64,000 bases of DNA from Eledone cirrhosa (Eukaryota), in NCBI GenBank assembly GCA_964016885.1, contig OZ024743.1, forward strand, positions 40,548,001 to 40,612,000, given 5' to 3'. The position numbers and the translations under genes are program-made. Positions 31,656-48,020 of the stretch are shown piece by piece; position 1 is the stretch's first letter; each line of letters begins with the position of its first letter. A model generated the notes under the pieces. The model saw only the letters and a program-made list of their open reading frames with translations. It searched no databases and was not told the DNA's origin.

Positions 31656-34600
31656 TACAATGAAAAGTGCTTTGGGCAAAAATCCATTGTCTCTGGAAGA
31701 CATATTTGACTGTCTCATCTTGTTAAACTAATTTATTGATGGCTGGCAATTGACTGCCATCAGGTTAGTATTGAAACAATATTTACATGCACACACAAGA
31801 TTTATCACAAATAAATATTTCAATTTATTGATTAAAAATATTGCAAAGGCAAAATTTTACAATGATAAATTTTCAGTCAATTTCATTGTCTGCCATTTTA
31901 TATACATAAAGTGAAATAACCCTCTCCTGGTACAGTGTGCAAGCCATGTCCATATCATCAGAAGTTAGCACTGATACATCTATCCTTCCATCAGCACTTC
32001 TTTTTTGGGGGTTTCTCTCATGCATTGTGTACGCCTAGATAACATTGTCCAATGTCTGTTATTAAAAACAATCGAGTGTGATTTGTTGTAATATTGGTTG
32101 CTATTTGTAGCAAGGTTAGGTGAAAGATGTTTTATGTTTGTGCTTAGCTGCAGATTAATTTTGACACAGCAGACCTTATTACCAAATACTTACCAGCCGT
32201 GACTATCCAATCTACTCTTTTTTTTTCAAAACATTATATTTTTAGTGTAGGTCAGTGTTATCTGTATTGACTCTACATCCTTATGAAAACATAAGCTTAC
32301 ACAAATCTTCATAACTTTAGTTTAGTAAATTTGTTTCTCCATAACTTTCATAATAAGACATATTCCCAGAACATAATAGTAATACACACCTTTGGAATTT
32401 GTCATGAAAAGAATGCATTATGAAAATTGTGAAGAAACAAATTCGTTGGTGATGTCTAGCAATCTGAACCAGCATTAATAGGAAATGAAAAAACAAACCA
32501 AAACAAGTATTTTATTTTTTTTTATCATTGTAAGTTGCTACAATGCAGGTTCAATGAAGGTTGGCATATGAAACACCCCCGAGATGGAAAAAGTGAACAG
32601 TCGTTTTGCAGTGGTTTGCCCAAGATAAGCAGCAAATTTACTTCCCAAATATGAATTTATCCACTTTTTGCCACCATGTACGATTATTATATAGTTAAAC
32701 CTGGATTCTAGCAGCTTACAATAAACTAACATATTTCATGATTCAAATATGTTCAACTCTCTGTTCTATAGGACAAAGCTGTTTGAACCTTTTAGCATTT
32801 AAACTGGACATATCCGGCCAGAATTCTCTCACCTCTTTCTGTTCAAACTGGAAGTAACTGGCTGCTCATACATATGTTAAGGTATTGTTCTGAAAATAAA
32901 TAATATCAAAATCTCATAGATTTGATATTATGTGAGATAATTGTGCGATAAAGCCTTTAGAGAGAAAATATGATAGTAAATGTTGAGTAATGAAAATGTT
33001 AAAGGGTTAATGAGTTTATATTTACATAAAATCCTTCGATCATAATTTTATATCAAAACCTTTAATTTATGTTTAAAATGATGTTTACATAATGAGATAG
33101 TTAATTATATTACTAATTCATTCAAAAATTCTTGATTACATTCAAAATTATTTGAAAATCTTTAGTGGTGTAATTCATTAGATCTAATGTAATAAATAAG
33201 GTTAACTTTGCCATTAATCCTTTGTGGTTTTGGTAAAATAATGTACCAGTAACCAGTCCTGGCCAGCAGATTAATTGAAGTGTTAGTATTTATTCATGCT
33301 CTTTATATTCTGAGTTTAAAATCCTGCTGCAACCTATTTGAGTGGTAGACTTAAATCTTATACCTGGTGTAATACCATCACTTAACATTGGAGAGCTTTT
33401 AACAGAGCCAGCTCTATTTCAAGTATGAGAGCCAAATCTCTACTTTGATGGTACATTCCTCTTTCCCTTTCTTCATCCAATCAGACATGGAACCTCTGAA
33501 AAGAGTCATGAGCACTGCTCTTCCTTCTTAAACTTAGCAATTAACAATGTTTCATGTCTCTTTTACATATTTAAATTATTTAGCCCATTAGGTATACATC
33601 TAAGGAAATGATATCAACAAAAGAAATGCGAACAGATGACAAATATTTGATGAATTATAAAAGATATGAAAGTTACATTTCTGAAAAAAGTAATAAGATC
33701 AGCAATGTTTCAATGTGTCTTTTTATGGTTGCAAGATATCCAGAATCATACAGAAGGTGGATAATCAGCTAGCAGTAATGCATTGCTTCATTTAAAGGAC
33801 AACTCTTAATATCATTTAGAAGAGCTACAAGACAATCCAGAAGTATATGATTGTCTGCCAAAGTTAACACAAATAATAGCTCGGTGAAGATTGTGATTAG
33901 TAGGTCACTGTATGGGATATTCTAAAGAAATAGCCTCTAATCTAGTGCCTTGCAGGCCAGTGCATAGTGAGGTTAACTGTAGGGGACAGACTTCTAAATT
34001 GATACACATTTGTCACCAGGTATTCGCGGCGATTACATTCCTGGAGCACCTGCTAACAGTGAAAAACTGTGAATATTGGGCGTGGTCCATAAGAATGCCT
34101 TTAAATGTAAAAACATAACGTAAAATATATGCCAGCTAATATGGTATATTGTTATTAATAATTTAGCATTAAAAAGTGTGAAAAAATATATATTGCCACG
34201 AAAAAGACCATGAAAAATTGCAGAATATATTTATGCCAATCATGTTAGTGTGGATTGGCTGCTTTTTAATTCTGACACCAAAACAACCATATAACAGAAT
34301 GGACTGGGTGCATTTTGTGTGTCACCAACACAACTACCTTACAGGGTTGAGTGAATGATTTTGTTGTTATGGCACCAGCTCAGTACACAGGGTGGTTTTA
34401 GCGCTTTTTTTCATGGCAACAGCTTTTTGGTAGGCCAAATGTAGAGTATGTCCAGTTTACATCCTTTATACATAGGTTGGGTTGGGTGTGAGAGGTCTAT
34501 TAGGTGAGTATTGGGAGGCAATTAAGAAAGACCGCCATGAATGATGTGCATGGAATATTTAGCTAGTAAAGACGGAGAGAGTGAATAGGGAGGGGCAAGA

Positions 34601-34689
34601 GAAGATTGATCCCCCCCCCTTTCCATGCAATATTGATGTACGTACACAAGAATCTAATAATCTGTATTTAATTTTGCGGGAAAAACATT

Positions 34690-35065
34690 TCAAAGCTAGC
34701 AGTGGTAGTAGCTTCCTGAATTTACTTCCATTCTTACGCTGGCTAACTTATATTCAACACACCCACCTCTATTGCTAATTTGGTCACCCAAGTAACAGAA
34801 TCTATCAACTACTACTATGGAGAACTCCGAACATTTAAAGAGGCTTGTTTCTTGTGAGTTCTTGCTGCTTACTGCTTTTGTGCATTGAGCACACTTAAAA
34901 CCTATATTCTTCATTAGCCTACATGAGATCCAACTACATCTCCTGTAACTATAGCTTGCATTTGTTTGGGACATAGGATGGAATTATTACTACCTCCTTT
35001 CCTGCTCACAGAGCAATGGTATTGCCTGGCAGGGATCTGGCTCTGTTTTCTTTTCTACTTAAGAG
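34690..35065 (-). mobile_element. Degenerate RTE LINE fragment
   Basis: VVDRFCYLGDQISNRGGC and Cys-rich insert, homologous to 48480-48800. Confidence 0.75.
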
Positions 35066-35074
35066 GACTTTAGT

Positions 35075-35107
<33 letters not shown>

Positions 35108-35115
35108 GATATTTA

Positions 35116-35357
35116 TGCTTTTCAAAAATAATTTTGAGATAGAACACCTGTGATGTTTGCTCTAATCCGATTAGAGCAAACGTCACGGGCGCTCTATCTC
35201 AAAATTATTTTTGAAAAGCATTAGAAATGCGCAACCGGTAAACACTTAAAACTAAAACTTAATAGTAACCAATACTTATTACTCATTTTTACTTATTCCT
35301 AATTAAACTATTTTTCACTGGGAACAATTTGTCAGCATTTTCTTTTCCTTTTACTAA
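35116..35357 (+). mobile_element. Short fold-back element (hairpin 35116-35221) with mutated U3-A8 HHR at ~35207-35244
   Basis: TTGAAAA GCATT AGA AATGC GCAA CCGG TA AA; GAAA changed to GCAA. Confidence 0.6.
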
Positions 35358-35409
35358 TATATATATATAAAAATAAATATACATATATAAATACATATAA
35401 AATATATAG

Positions 35410-35440
<31 letters not shown>

Positions 35441-35490
35441 ATTTTATTAAGAGACTATTTTGAGTTTATAACTCAATATATACCTTTGAT

Positions 35491-35526
<36 letters not shown>

Positions 35527-36027
35527 CATCATTTCATTTTACGTCCGCTTTTCCCTGCTTGCAAGGGTAGGACGGGAACTGATTCTGGCTTGATTTCTAC
35601 AGCTGGATGCCCTTCCAAACACCAACCTCATTTACAGTGAGTGCTGGGGGCTTTTTTGCCGTGGCACCTACACGACCACTTTGCAATCGAAAGGTTGTGA
35701 GTTCAATTCTCAGACTGGGTGATGTGTTGTTTCCTTGAGCAAGACATTTTATTTCACATTGCTCCAGTTTACTCAGCTGTAGAAATGAGATGATAGGGAC
35801 TGGGGTCCTTATCATTCCATTGAAAAGTGGTCGTGGAGGTGCCACGGCAAAAAAGCGCCCAGCACTCACTGTAAATGAGGTTCGTGTTAGGATGGGCATC
35901 CAGCTGTAGAAATCAAAGCCAGAATAAGTTCCCGTCCCACCCTTGCAAGCAGGGAAAAGTGGAAGAAAAATGAAATGATGATGATGATGATATATATATG
36001 TAAATATATATATATATGTGGGTGTAA

Positions 36028-36059
<32 letters not shown>

Positions 36060-36961
36060 ATATATTTAAACGATGATGATGAGGAGGATGATGATGATGA
36101 TGATATATATATGTAAATATATATATATATATATATGTGGGTGTAAATATATATATATATATGTGTGTGTGTATATATTTAAACGATGATGATGAGGAGG
36201 AGGATGACATATATATATATATATGTATATATAAGCCTCAAATCTATTAGTGTGGAGGCTAACTCGTGTGGATTAACTATGAAAGACAACACACAAACTT
36301 CATTAACATGCTTCAAAGAGACATGAGATGAAATTAAATTATCTATTATATATATCATTATTAATTGCGCATTCACTAAGATCATGCAGGCGCATCGCCT
36401 AATCTTTGCGCAGAAAATGAAGACAAGAATTCAGCCATTGCAATGCTGTTGGCGCTCAAGACAGACACTGCATGGTCGAGAAAACTAAGAAACATCGATG
36501 AAGTTAGCATCTTGAGTTTATTTCTTTTAGAGGAATTTAAGAAGTGAAACAATAGAGAATGTAAGAAAGAAATAAAAGAAGAAAAAGAGAAAAATATCAA
36601 AAACGTTAAACAAAAAATTGGATCAAATAAAAGACAGTTTAAAGAATTTTCAATAAACCAAAATTTCAAAGACAGAGGAAGAAAGTCTTAGATATCGAGA
36701 AAATTAATGAGATTTTCCTTATAATTAGTTCTTCATTCTTAAGTATTCATACATATTTTGTTAATTAGCCCAAATATTTTTGTCTAACGATTTGTTAAAG
36801 ATACATGTAATCTTTTTTTTTATTTTCACATTGAATTATTTTTGTACATAGAAATATATGTACAGACATATGCATAACAATACATATATATATATAAACA
36901 TGCATACATGCATACATACACATACATACATACACATATATACACACACATACATATGTAC

Positions 36962-37028
<67 letters not shown>

Positions 37029-37135
37029 TATATATAGATATATATATATACACACACACACATATATATATATATATACACACATATATATATATTATAT
37101 ATATATCTATATATATATAGAGACACCTATATATA

Positions 37136-37172
<37 letters not shown>

Positions 37173-38367
37173 TGTTTACTAAAATACTTCAATAGCAGTT
37201 TGAACTGCAGCCTATACTTCATAACTGGCCAGGACATATTACCTGCTTCATATATTTACATTTTGCTTGGGTTTTACACCTGCTTTGCATGGAGCTGTAT
37301 CATAGAACTGTGTTCATGTGTGACCAGTGAGGAAGTGTCTTCTTGGTTGTTTAACCTCCTAGAAATAGTAGACAAAAGTGGCTCATGACACACCTCTGTC
37401 TGATCACATTGGATAATGCAGTCTTAGATATGTTTATAATGATAGCAGTTGTGATAATTTATAACATACCTTAAAATAGATGATTATAGTTCAGTCTTGT
37501 TAGGAGAATGCCTACCTACCAACCAACCCACCATGTGTGTAATACAAATTGTGTGTGGCCACAAATCCAGAAGCTAACCTAAGATGAGGGGTATAGATGG
37601 CATCATATGGTATCATGTCCGGACAAGCCTTCCAACTTGCTATAGAACAATGTCTATTTATGCAACATGTGCACGGTGCAAACAGAAAGACATATAATTG
37701 TATAAATTGAAATTAATATAGATATATATAATCATCATCATTATCATCAGTGTTTTACATCCTTTTTCCATGCTGGCATAGGTTGGATAGGTTGTCACAT
37801 TGTGAGATTTGATTCGTCAGATGACCACGCCTTGCTTAGACATTTTATTTTGGCATGGTTTCCACTGCTGCATAATACCAATTATTTTACATTGTGTATT
37901 GGGTGCATTTTATTGTATCACAAGGTGGTCTGCATATTATTTATCATGACATCATGACTACTACGTTACAAAATGGAATAGGTGCATTTTAGTTTGGCGG
38001 GAATTCTAAATCAATTGTGTCCTCAGCCGAGCAGTAAGGGAGAGAGAGACAAGGGATGTGAGTAGGTTGGGATGGCGTGACACTGCTGGTGGATATATAT
38101 CTTAGAGGCATATTCTCATAGATTGCATGTTGTTGTTATAGTTAATACCTATTTTTATTTTGCTGGCATCTTATGATGGTTTCCTTTTATAGGAGGATTC
38201 TCAGATGACTTATTGATAGCAGACTTCATTCCAATCATGAAATTCAAGATGGAATGTATTGTCTTTCTCGAGAACACAATATTTGACCTTGTCCAGGAGT
38301 CAATTGAACCACCAACAATATGGTCATACAAGTGAATATTACAGATCTTGCATGTTCTAAAATGGCT

Positions 38368-38547
<180 letters not shown>

Positions 38548-39877
38548 ATATATATATCAACATCATCATCATTATCATCATACATCCACTTATCCCTTCT
38601 TGCAAGGGTGGGATGGGTCCCCGTGGGATGGGTCCCCTTCAGCACAGCATCTCTTTATTTGTCACGGCCTTTTGTCATCTCCTCTATATACCTATACACA
38701 CACAGAGCGAGATCTGCATACAAATGCATGCACACACACATAAACTGTGAGTCCTAAACCTTACTTGGTTAGTTGGTTCTCCAATAGCCCACATTTTTTT
38801 CAAAATTCATTATGTTCAAAACCCTTATATAGATGGCACCAATTGGAGTTAAAAGTTTCTCCCATACATCACTTGTTGATGTAGTTTTATGTGGAATAGA
38901 ACAATAACCCTTTTCATACTTAATCACCCAAAACTGTCTTTGGTACTATGATACTAAGCTGTTTATATTGATCTAAAAACCAGTCATCATAATTTTATGT
39001 AAGAACATGTAATGTTCCAAAAAGCAGCTGAATAAATAGAAGGTTAGTTAGCTATATTATTAAATCATTCCAAATCCTTGAGTAGCATCAAAGTTATTTG
39101 AAGCATGCATGCAACATTCTGTAATTAGAAATATAGTCACAAAATGGTAACAATTGAGTTTTACAGTTTTTGCTTCAATTTAAGAAAAAATTTACCAGAG
39201 GTATATGATCAAAATTGCAATATTTAAAATTGTGTATGATTCAGGTCTATTGTATATATCTCCATTAAAGACTTGGGTTAGAAGTGGCAGATTAGAAACA
39301 TATGCAACATTCTCAGGCATTAAACCTTTTCACAAATGGTGTTATTTGATCATATAATTAGTTCATTTGATAGAGCTAAATTTTAGAATCCTGAACTAGT
39401 TATAACAGTGTAGGAATTTTTTTTAAAGCTATGTTTACTGTAAGTGTAGTGAATTAAAATCATTCAGGATTATTTAAATATAAATAGTTCAAGTAGGAAA
39501 TTGTGAACCTAAAATTAGTGGTGTGATGCAGTACTTGTTGGCTTGAAATAGATAAAGGTGACAATTGGGTTATTTAGGCTTAAAATGTATAGCCCAGTTA
39601 GTGATGTTGCCACTAATACATACATGTATTTATGTACATGTACATCCATACACATCATCCTCATCATCATCATTTTACATCCACTTTTCCTTGCTTGCAA
39701 GGGTGGGATGGGTCCTATTCAGCACAGCATCTCTCCAATTGTCACGGTCCTTCTATATTATGTATAGACACTTATATTATATACATATATATATATATAT
39801 ACACACATATATATTATATAGATATTATATATATATATGCATATAAATAAATATACATATATGTGTGTGTATATGTG

Positions 39878-39944
<67 letters not shown>

Positions 39945-41939
39945 ATATATATATATGTACATATGTGTGTCTGTGAATATATAAGTTTAAAGCTAACCAA
40001 GCATCATGTAGAGATATTATCTCCAATAAAATAAACTGCATCCATTATGAAACAAATTAGTGGTCTTACATAGTTTTGTGTCATATCATTATGTAACTGT
40101 GTCTATCTATTTATATATGCGTATATATATATATATATATATATATATAACAAAGGAAATGTGGTAAGGAACCAAATGGACCATAACGCACCAAAGTACT
40201 CAATACTTAGGGTAGTAGAGTGGATAATAGGAACGAGTAGGACCCTGAAGGCTGAGCTCAGCCGTCGGGGTCCTACTCGTTCATATATATATATATATAT
40301 ACACATATTCACTTCTGCTTTTGTGTAAAACCCAAAAGTGTTTATGGCACTGTTTTCTTTCTAACCAATTGAGTGATTGGAGAAATCGACAAAAAAGAAA
40401 CAAAACAAAACAAAAATCAAAAATAACTCAATGTTACAGATTGTGTTAATGTATATATGGGAAATGCAAACCCAGGTCTATTTGTGAGGATAGTCATTTC
40501 AATTAACTACTGACTTGGTCTGTGTCATCCTGTCCAAACCTTGCAAAAAAAAATGAACATTATATGTTGATAAGGATGAGCTTCTTTAGGAGATGATGAA
40601 ATGTTTCAACTTTAGTTTTTACAAAAGAAACACCACACCCCACACAAACAACAGTATAAATACATGTTATTATGTATAGGTGTTTGTAATGTTTGTCATT
40701 ACAATCATATAAATTATTATTTTCACATTTGTATTAATTTTAATTTGAAAGCAATCACCATCATCACCACATCCAGTTCTCCATGCTGTCATGGGTTGGA
40801 TAAAACTGTTGGATAATATTGTTCTTGACACTAACCTTACAACATGCAGGAACATGATGTATGTACCAAATCTAAAACGTAATATAGTATATGTATACTT
40901 TTAGAACATAAATCTAATTACTGGTTTTATTATCAAATATTTGTGAAGGCATGCAACTAGTTATTAGAGTGTTGGACTCATAATTGTAAGGTCATGGTGT
41001 TAGATTCCCAGACAAGGAGGTGAATTGTGTCCTTGAGAAAAATGCTGTATTTTACATTGCTCCAGTCCATATTGTTCCAGCTGAAAAAAATAAGTATCAG
41101 TAGTAGCTGAGGATTAATTCTGTGATGGATAGGCTCACATCTGTAGGGTCATGGGTTGAATTTTTAGAACAGGAGGTGCACCGCTTCCTTGAATAAGATG
41201 ATTTCTTTCACATTGTTTCAGTCCATGCAGCTGAAAACGTAATGTTTACCCACAACAGTAGGGAGTTAACACTGCAAAGGACCAGTATCCCACTTGAAGG
41301 GAAACCTAGTACTTTCAGTTGCTTAACACCATTGAAACTAGAATAAGCTCAGGCCTGGTGAGCCTCGAGTCTTAGGACAGATTTTATTTTATTATAAACT
41401 ATTAATGATACAAAACTAGTAGTTTTTATACAAAAACTAGTAGTATTTATACAAAAACTAGTGCCCCATCCGTGACCATATTTCTATTGAAATATATTAT
41501 ATTTCATTTAATTAATGAAGAATTTTGAGGGATTTACTAAAATAATATTAACTTAAGAGATTGTTCCTATATGTAGTTAGACTGGAAGATTTTAAATTGG
41601 CTCTTTTGAAAAGAAACCAGCCAAAATTGGTACTGACTTTATAAAACAAAATCACATATTTTAAAAGCATCATATCTAAATTAAAATCTTCCAACATAAT
41701 TTCATATAAGAAGCATATGTTAACAATCTTAGTAATTAAATAATCAATAATTTTAGTAATTCCTTCAAAGCTCTTCATCAATTCATTGAAATGGTGTATT
41801 GCAAGGGAGTAACGACACTGATAACAAAAAATAGGGAGCCATTAAAATATGAAGTTTTGTTTCATAAAACAGGAGGCAGATTGGTTTCAAAAGATTAATA
41901 AGGGAATATATTTTGGCTAATATTGTATCAGCAAATAAT

Positions 41940-42938
41940 TGTTTCTACTTTAGGCACAAGGCCAGCAATTATCCCAGTGCATTACTGGTACTTTATTTTA
42001 TCGACCCCGTAAGGATGAAAGGCAAAGTTAAACTCGGAGGGATTTGAACTCAGATCATAAAGGGAAGTAATTATGCTGGAAAGCATGGCTTCCGACCCTC
42101 TACCGATCTCAGGTCAACAGGCTTTTGAAAAACAATTGTAACTGAACAATATATGTATGTGTGAGTGTGTGTGTGTGTATAATGTGTTTACATTTATATA
42201 TATATGTGTGTGTTTGTGTATAATATGTTTACATTTATATATATATGTGTGTGTATCTACGTTCATATATATAGATAGAAGTATATGCAGGTATGCATTT
42301 GAGTCGGTGTAACTGGATTATCTATATCTACTTATCTATATATGTGTAATGAAATTTATATGCATGTTTTTGTGTGTGTGTGTGTTTACACATATCAAAA
42401 TAAAATCAGAAATAAAATATATAACAAATTGTATTTAGCAAAGACATTCTTTATACAAAGCTAAACTTTTTCTTTTCTGGTTTTTCTTTACCTCTTTTCT
42501 TGAAATTATTTTTATTTATTAATAAAGTTTCTTTCTCCTTTCGTTTTCATCACCACATTCCTTCTTTTTTTTTCACTTCTCTACTCTTTACACATTCTGC
42601 CTTTCATTCCACCCATTTTCTCCTCGACCATCACCCATCCACTTATTTTTATCAGTTTTGTTATTTCCTTTCTTTTTTTTTCAGTCTTAAGAAAAATATT
42701 TCTTCTTGAAAGAATTCTGTTTCTTTTATTGTTCTTGTTTTTGTATATTGTTTGTTTTACATTTGTTTCATATATATGTGTGTTTGTGTTTGTGTGTAGA
42801 TATTTTTTCATTTGTTCCAGTAATATTTTTTAAAATAGTAAATAATGTTTTTAAAAAATGCTAAAGAAATATAACTTACAACATGCATATAGCAAAGATT
42901 CCTTAAAAAGACCCAAACCGCCTAATAATAATAATAAT

Positions 42939-42974
<36 letters not shown>

Positions 42975-44470
42975 TGTTTCTACTTTTGGCAGAAGGCCAG
43001 CAATTACCCAGTACATTACTGGTTCTTTATTCTATCGACCCTATAAGGCAAAGTTAACCTCGGCGGGATTTGGACTCAGAATGGCAAGGGCCATAACTCT
43101 ATGCATCAAAGCATAATAAAATGATGATAGTAGTAGTAGTAATAATGATAATAAGAATAATAGTAATATTAATAATAATAGCAATAATAACAATTGTCAA
43201 TCATTGAATTTCCACACTATCATGGGTTAGACTGGTTGTCATGTTTTGAAAGTAGACAGGTCAAATGACCACATCATGCTCGCTCACATGTTTTACTTTT
43301 GCATGATTTTTCTGGCAAGTTACTCTTCATAATGCCAACCACTCAACTGTGGCTACTGGGTGCATTTTATGGTGACATTGGCACTAACGATTTAAAAGGC
43401 AGGCTTTGTGCATTTTATTGTGGCACCAGTACTGCCAATTTCCAGCATCAGCTGAGTGCATATTATCATAACTCTGGCTCTAGCACATTACAAAGTGGAT
43501 TGGTGCATTTTATCATGACATTGTCACTAGCACTTTACAGAGTGGACTGGTGCATTTTATCATGGCACTGTCACTAGCACTTTACAGCATATATTGAGTA
43601 AATTGATTGTGGTAATGGCCACTACCTCTTTACAGTATGAGCTGAGTGTATTTTCTTGTGACACCTGCACTACCAATTTTCAGCATGCATTGGATGCACT
43701 TTATTTTGGTACTGGCACTGCTACTGTACAGCATGGGCTAGGTGCTCTACCTTGTGGTACTGACATTACCATTTGACACAGTGGGTTGGGTATCAGATCA
43801 ATGACATCATTTGTAAAGTAATAATAATCATCATAATATTAATAATTAAAATAAGGATTTCTGCTATAGCCTCAAGGCCAAAAATTTGGTAGAGAGGGTA
43901 AAGTTGATTAAATTGACCCCAGTACATTACTGTGTTTTATTTTATGTAAGGATGAAAGGCAAAGTTAATCTCGGTGGGATCTAATCCCAAAATGTAAAAT
44001 GATGTAACTATGCCGTAACTATGAATCATGGTGGCTGATGCTATACCAATTCTGGCAAATAATAATACTAATAATAATAAGTGTTTCTGTTTTGGCACAA
44101 GGCCAGCAATTACCCAGTGTATTACTGGTACTTAATTTTATCGACCCTGTAAGGATGAAAGGCAAAGTTAACCTTGGCGGGATTTGAACTCAGACCAGAA
44201 AGAGACATACCTATGCTGGAAAGCATGGCGTCCGGTCCTCTAATGATACTGCCAATTCAATGCCTTACTACTACTAATAATAATTGTTTCTACTTTTGGC
44301 ACAAGGCCAGCAATTATCCAGTACATTACCGGTACTATATTTTATCGACCCCGTAAGGATGAAAGGCAAAGTTCACCTCGGCGGGATTTGAACTCAGAAT
44401 GGAAAGGGCCGTAACTCTATGCAACAAAGCATGACATCCGACCCTCTTCCGATACTGCCAATCCACTGCA
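41940..44470 (-). mobile_element. Cluster of Meta-domain-like SINEs (41940-42110, 42975-43110, 43860-44060, 44082-44265, 44285-44470), mostly with (AAT)n spacers
   Basis: Reverse complement of the 9551-9730 family. Confidence 0.8.
43330..43790. repeat. Degenerate ~40-bp minisatellite; similar tract ~47690-47880
   Basis: Recurring GTGCATTTTAT...GGCAC...CACT...TTTACAG. Confidence 0.65.
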
Positions 44471-44825
44471 CTACTACTAATAATAATATTCAACTAAACC
44501 ATAATAATGGTAATTGTAGTGATAACAGAAGAAGAAGTAGCAGTAGTAACAAAAATACGAATAATAATAATAGGGAAGGCAATAACAGAAATAATATTAT
44601 AACATTTTTTTTTTTTTAAATGGAATAAGAAAGCAAATACAAAATTGATATTTATATTTTACAGTTTTTTCTTTCTTCTTTGCCATTTTCTTTCTTCTTA
44701 CCATTTTTTAAATTCCATTTCCTGTTTTAGCAATCTCCTTGTGAGACACACACACATCAAATTTTTCCACTTGATAGTTGCCAAAGTATTTGGAGAAAGT
44801 TTTCAAAGTCTTTCTAGTATATGTA

Positions 44826-44864
<39 letters not shown>

Positions 44865-45177
44865 GTGTGTGTATGTGTGTGTGTGCATGTGTATATACAT
44901 GCATATGCTTATTTGTGTGTCTCTCTCTGAATGTATGTGTGTGTGCACGTACATGTATTTATATATACACACCCACACACACATTTATATATATATATAT
45001 ATATATAAATGTGTGTGTGTGTGTATATACATATAAACACACACACATATGTATATATATATACATGCACATGCATGTTCCTGTGGAGTTATACGTGTAT
45101 GTAATATGTATATATATGGGGTGTGTATGTTATACATATATATATATATATAACATACACACCCCATATATATATAT

Positions 45178-45223
<46 letters not shown>

Positions 45224-45692
45224 TACATATATGTGTGTGTGTGTATATATATATGTATATCCATATAAATATTATATATATATATATGTATATATATCCA
45301 TATATATATATTCCAATACATTTCTGTATACAGCTAGGCTCGAAGCTAAATTCTAATTCTATTATATAAATATATATTTATGGATACACACACACGCACA
45401 CACACACACATATATATATATATATAATTATATATGTATGCAAAAAGTAAACAGAATATACATATTTCTTTTCAGATTTACAAATATTTGATAATTTGAA
45501 AAAAATATCATATACTATATTATATCTTCCAGATTATGTTTGTTTAAATTGTTGCATTATTTAGCTGACACAAAAGAAATTCATACCCTCTCTCTCTCTC
45601 TCTCTCTCTAAATATATATATATATATATATATTATCATCACTACCATTTGACATCCATTCTTCCATGCTGGCATGTGTGGTACACACACCT

Positions 45693-45729
<37 letters not shown>

Positions 45730-45912
45730 GGGAGAAAGTATGACTCCGCCGGCGGTGCTCAAGCCGTTTCAAAACGGCTTGAGCTCTGCCGTCGGGCTCA
45801 TACTTTCTCCTATTACCCACTCTAGTACCCTAAGTATTGAGTACTTTAGTGCATTATGGTCCATCTGGTTCCTTACCAAAACTCCTCCATTATATATATA
45901 TATATATATATA

Positions 45913-45990
45913 GTTTCATCCAAGCCTAGGTTTGGATGAAACAATTGTAAGCAAATAAATGCTTTGAACATAGCTTTGATTCCTGTGAAT
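45913..45990 (+). mobile_element. Tiny fold-back remnant starting within an HHR stem II
   Basis: GTTTCATCCAAGCCTAGGTTTGGATGAAAC AATTGTA AGCA. Confidence 0.55.
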
Positions 45991-46137
45991 TCTATATATA
46001 TATATACCAAGTATAAATATATATATATGTGTGTGTGTATATATATATATATATGCATATATATGTATAGTATATATGTATATAAATATAAACATATCAT
46101 CATCATCATCATCGTTTAACGTCTATATATATATATA

Positions 46138-46995
46138 TTGTTATACTTTGGGAGGGTCATGTTGCCAATAAGAAACAGACGCACCAGTTGCTTTCACTTC
46201 AATTTATTATAATAAATTCATAAATTTAGGAATTTATAAATTTCTGGTTGGTTGTTTGGTTCCACAAGCAGATGATTGTTTATATATTGTCAAAGTTCTT
46301 TCGTCACACATTCTGTGACCTCTTCAGTGACTGGAGATTCTTTTCTTTGTTTTTGTGCCTCTCCTTTGTTCTGTCCTACGCCATTTTGTCTTTGTGTGTG
46401 TGTTGTGTGCTTAATTTGCGCATGTGTTACATCCGGGTGTATGTGTGTGTTTATATTCGTTTATTTATTTGTTTATTTACATGTTACTGGTTGGTTGTTT
46501 GTTCTATGTGCGTGTGTGTTTTCATTTTGTCCTAAATTAAGGACAAAATGAAAACACACACGCACATGGAACAAACAACCAACCAGTAACATGTAAATAA
46601 ACAAATAAATAAACGAATATAAACACAAACAGACACCCGGATGTAACACATGCGCAAACTAAGCACACAACACACACACAAAAACAAGATGGCGTAGGAC
46701 AGAACAAAGGAGAGGCACAAAAACAAAGAAAAGAATCCCCAGTCACTGAAGAGGTCACAGAATGTGTGACGAAAGAACTTTGACAATATATAAACAATCA
46801 TCTGGTTGTGGAACCAACCAATCAACCAGAAATTTATAAATTCCTAAATTTATAAATTTATTATAATAAATTGAAGTGAAAGCAACTGGTGCGTGTGTTT
46901 CTTATTGGCAACATGACCCTCCCAAAGTATAACAATATCGGTTTCAACACACGTTTTCAGATAAAGAATCTTGCTAAACAAATTCAGAAACGAAA
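46138..46995. mobile_element. PLE family A pLTR-only fold-back, centre ~46535
   Basis: TTGTCCTAAATTAAGGACAA centre; both arms carry an HHR with an intact core. Confidence 0.9.
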
Positions 46996-47019
46996 TATAT
47001 ATAAATATATATATATATT

Positions 47020-47076
<57 letters not shown>

Positions 47077-47465
47077 AGAGAGAGGGATGTATAAAAACAT
47101 ACGCTCTGAAGCTGGATATATGTTTAGTATCTTGTACATAACAGGTTATTCAATAGCAACAATTGAGCGTAAAATACATTGAAAAATTGTTTGTTTGTTT
47201 TACTTTGAAAATGCTTTTACTACCATTGGTTCATATTTCTGTCAAGGAATGTAAAACACTGGGCCATTCCAGATTATTCTGAAGCATGAAATAACATTTT
47301 CAAATTATTTGATATATTTACACCCATCCCTTCTCTAAAAATCGTCTCTCCCTCATTCTTTTTACTCTCTATTTTTATTTGTATGCTTGTGTGTGGTGGT
47401 ATGCATGTATGTATGTATGTTTGTGTGTATGTGTGTATATATGTGTGTATGCTTGCATGCATATG

Positions 47466-47508
<43 letters not shown>

Positions 47509-47945
47509 ATGTATGTATAAGTCTATATACCATCATCATCATTATTTAAAATCTATTTTCCATGCTAGCATGGATCAGACAGGTTGTCCCTTATGAGGCA
47601 AGTTGGGTCAGGTGACTGCTTCTTGCTCATATAGAAATGTTTCTTGCATGTTTCCTACAGCTGGATGCCCTTCCTAATGACAATTACATTTACAATATGT
47701 ACTGTGTGCTCTTCGTTATTACAACTGCATGACCACTTAACAGAATGGACTGGGTGCTTTATGTTGTGATACATAAAACAAACACTTAACAGTGTGATAC
47801 CTACACAACCACTTTACAGTGTGAACTGGATGCTTTTTGTTGTGATACCAAGACGACAACTGTAGTGTGGACTGGGGACTGGGGCAATGGTGTAAGGGCT
47901 ACGGAGATGATGCGGGTAGGGTTTTAGAGGATGTGTGGTGTAGTA

Positions 47946-47979
<34 letters not shown>

Positions 47980-47984
<5 letters not shown>

Positions 47985-48020
47985 ATATTTTGGGAAGGTC
48001 ATGCTGCCAAAGTATAACAA
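47980..48020. mobile_element. Minimal 40-bp family A fold-back
   Basis: TTGTTATATTTTGGGAAGGTCATGCTGCCAAAGTATAACAA. Confidence 0.6.

Noticed and set aside
33590-33890. Exon-like unique sequence
   Set aside because: Stops in the plausible frames; no recognisable protein.
36381-36540. HAGASPNLC... ankyrin-like exon candidate
   Set aside because: Weak splice sites, no neighbouring exons and too short a similarity.
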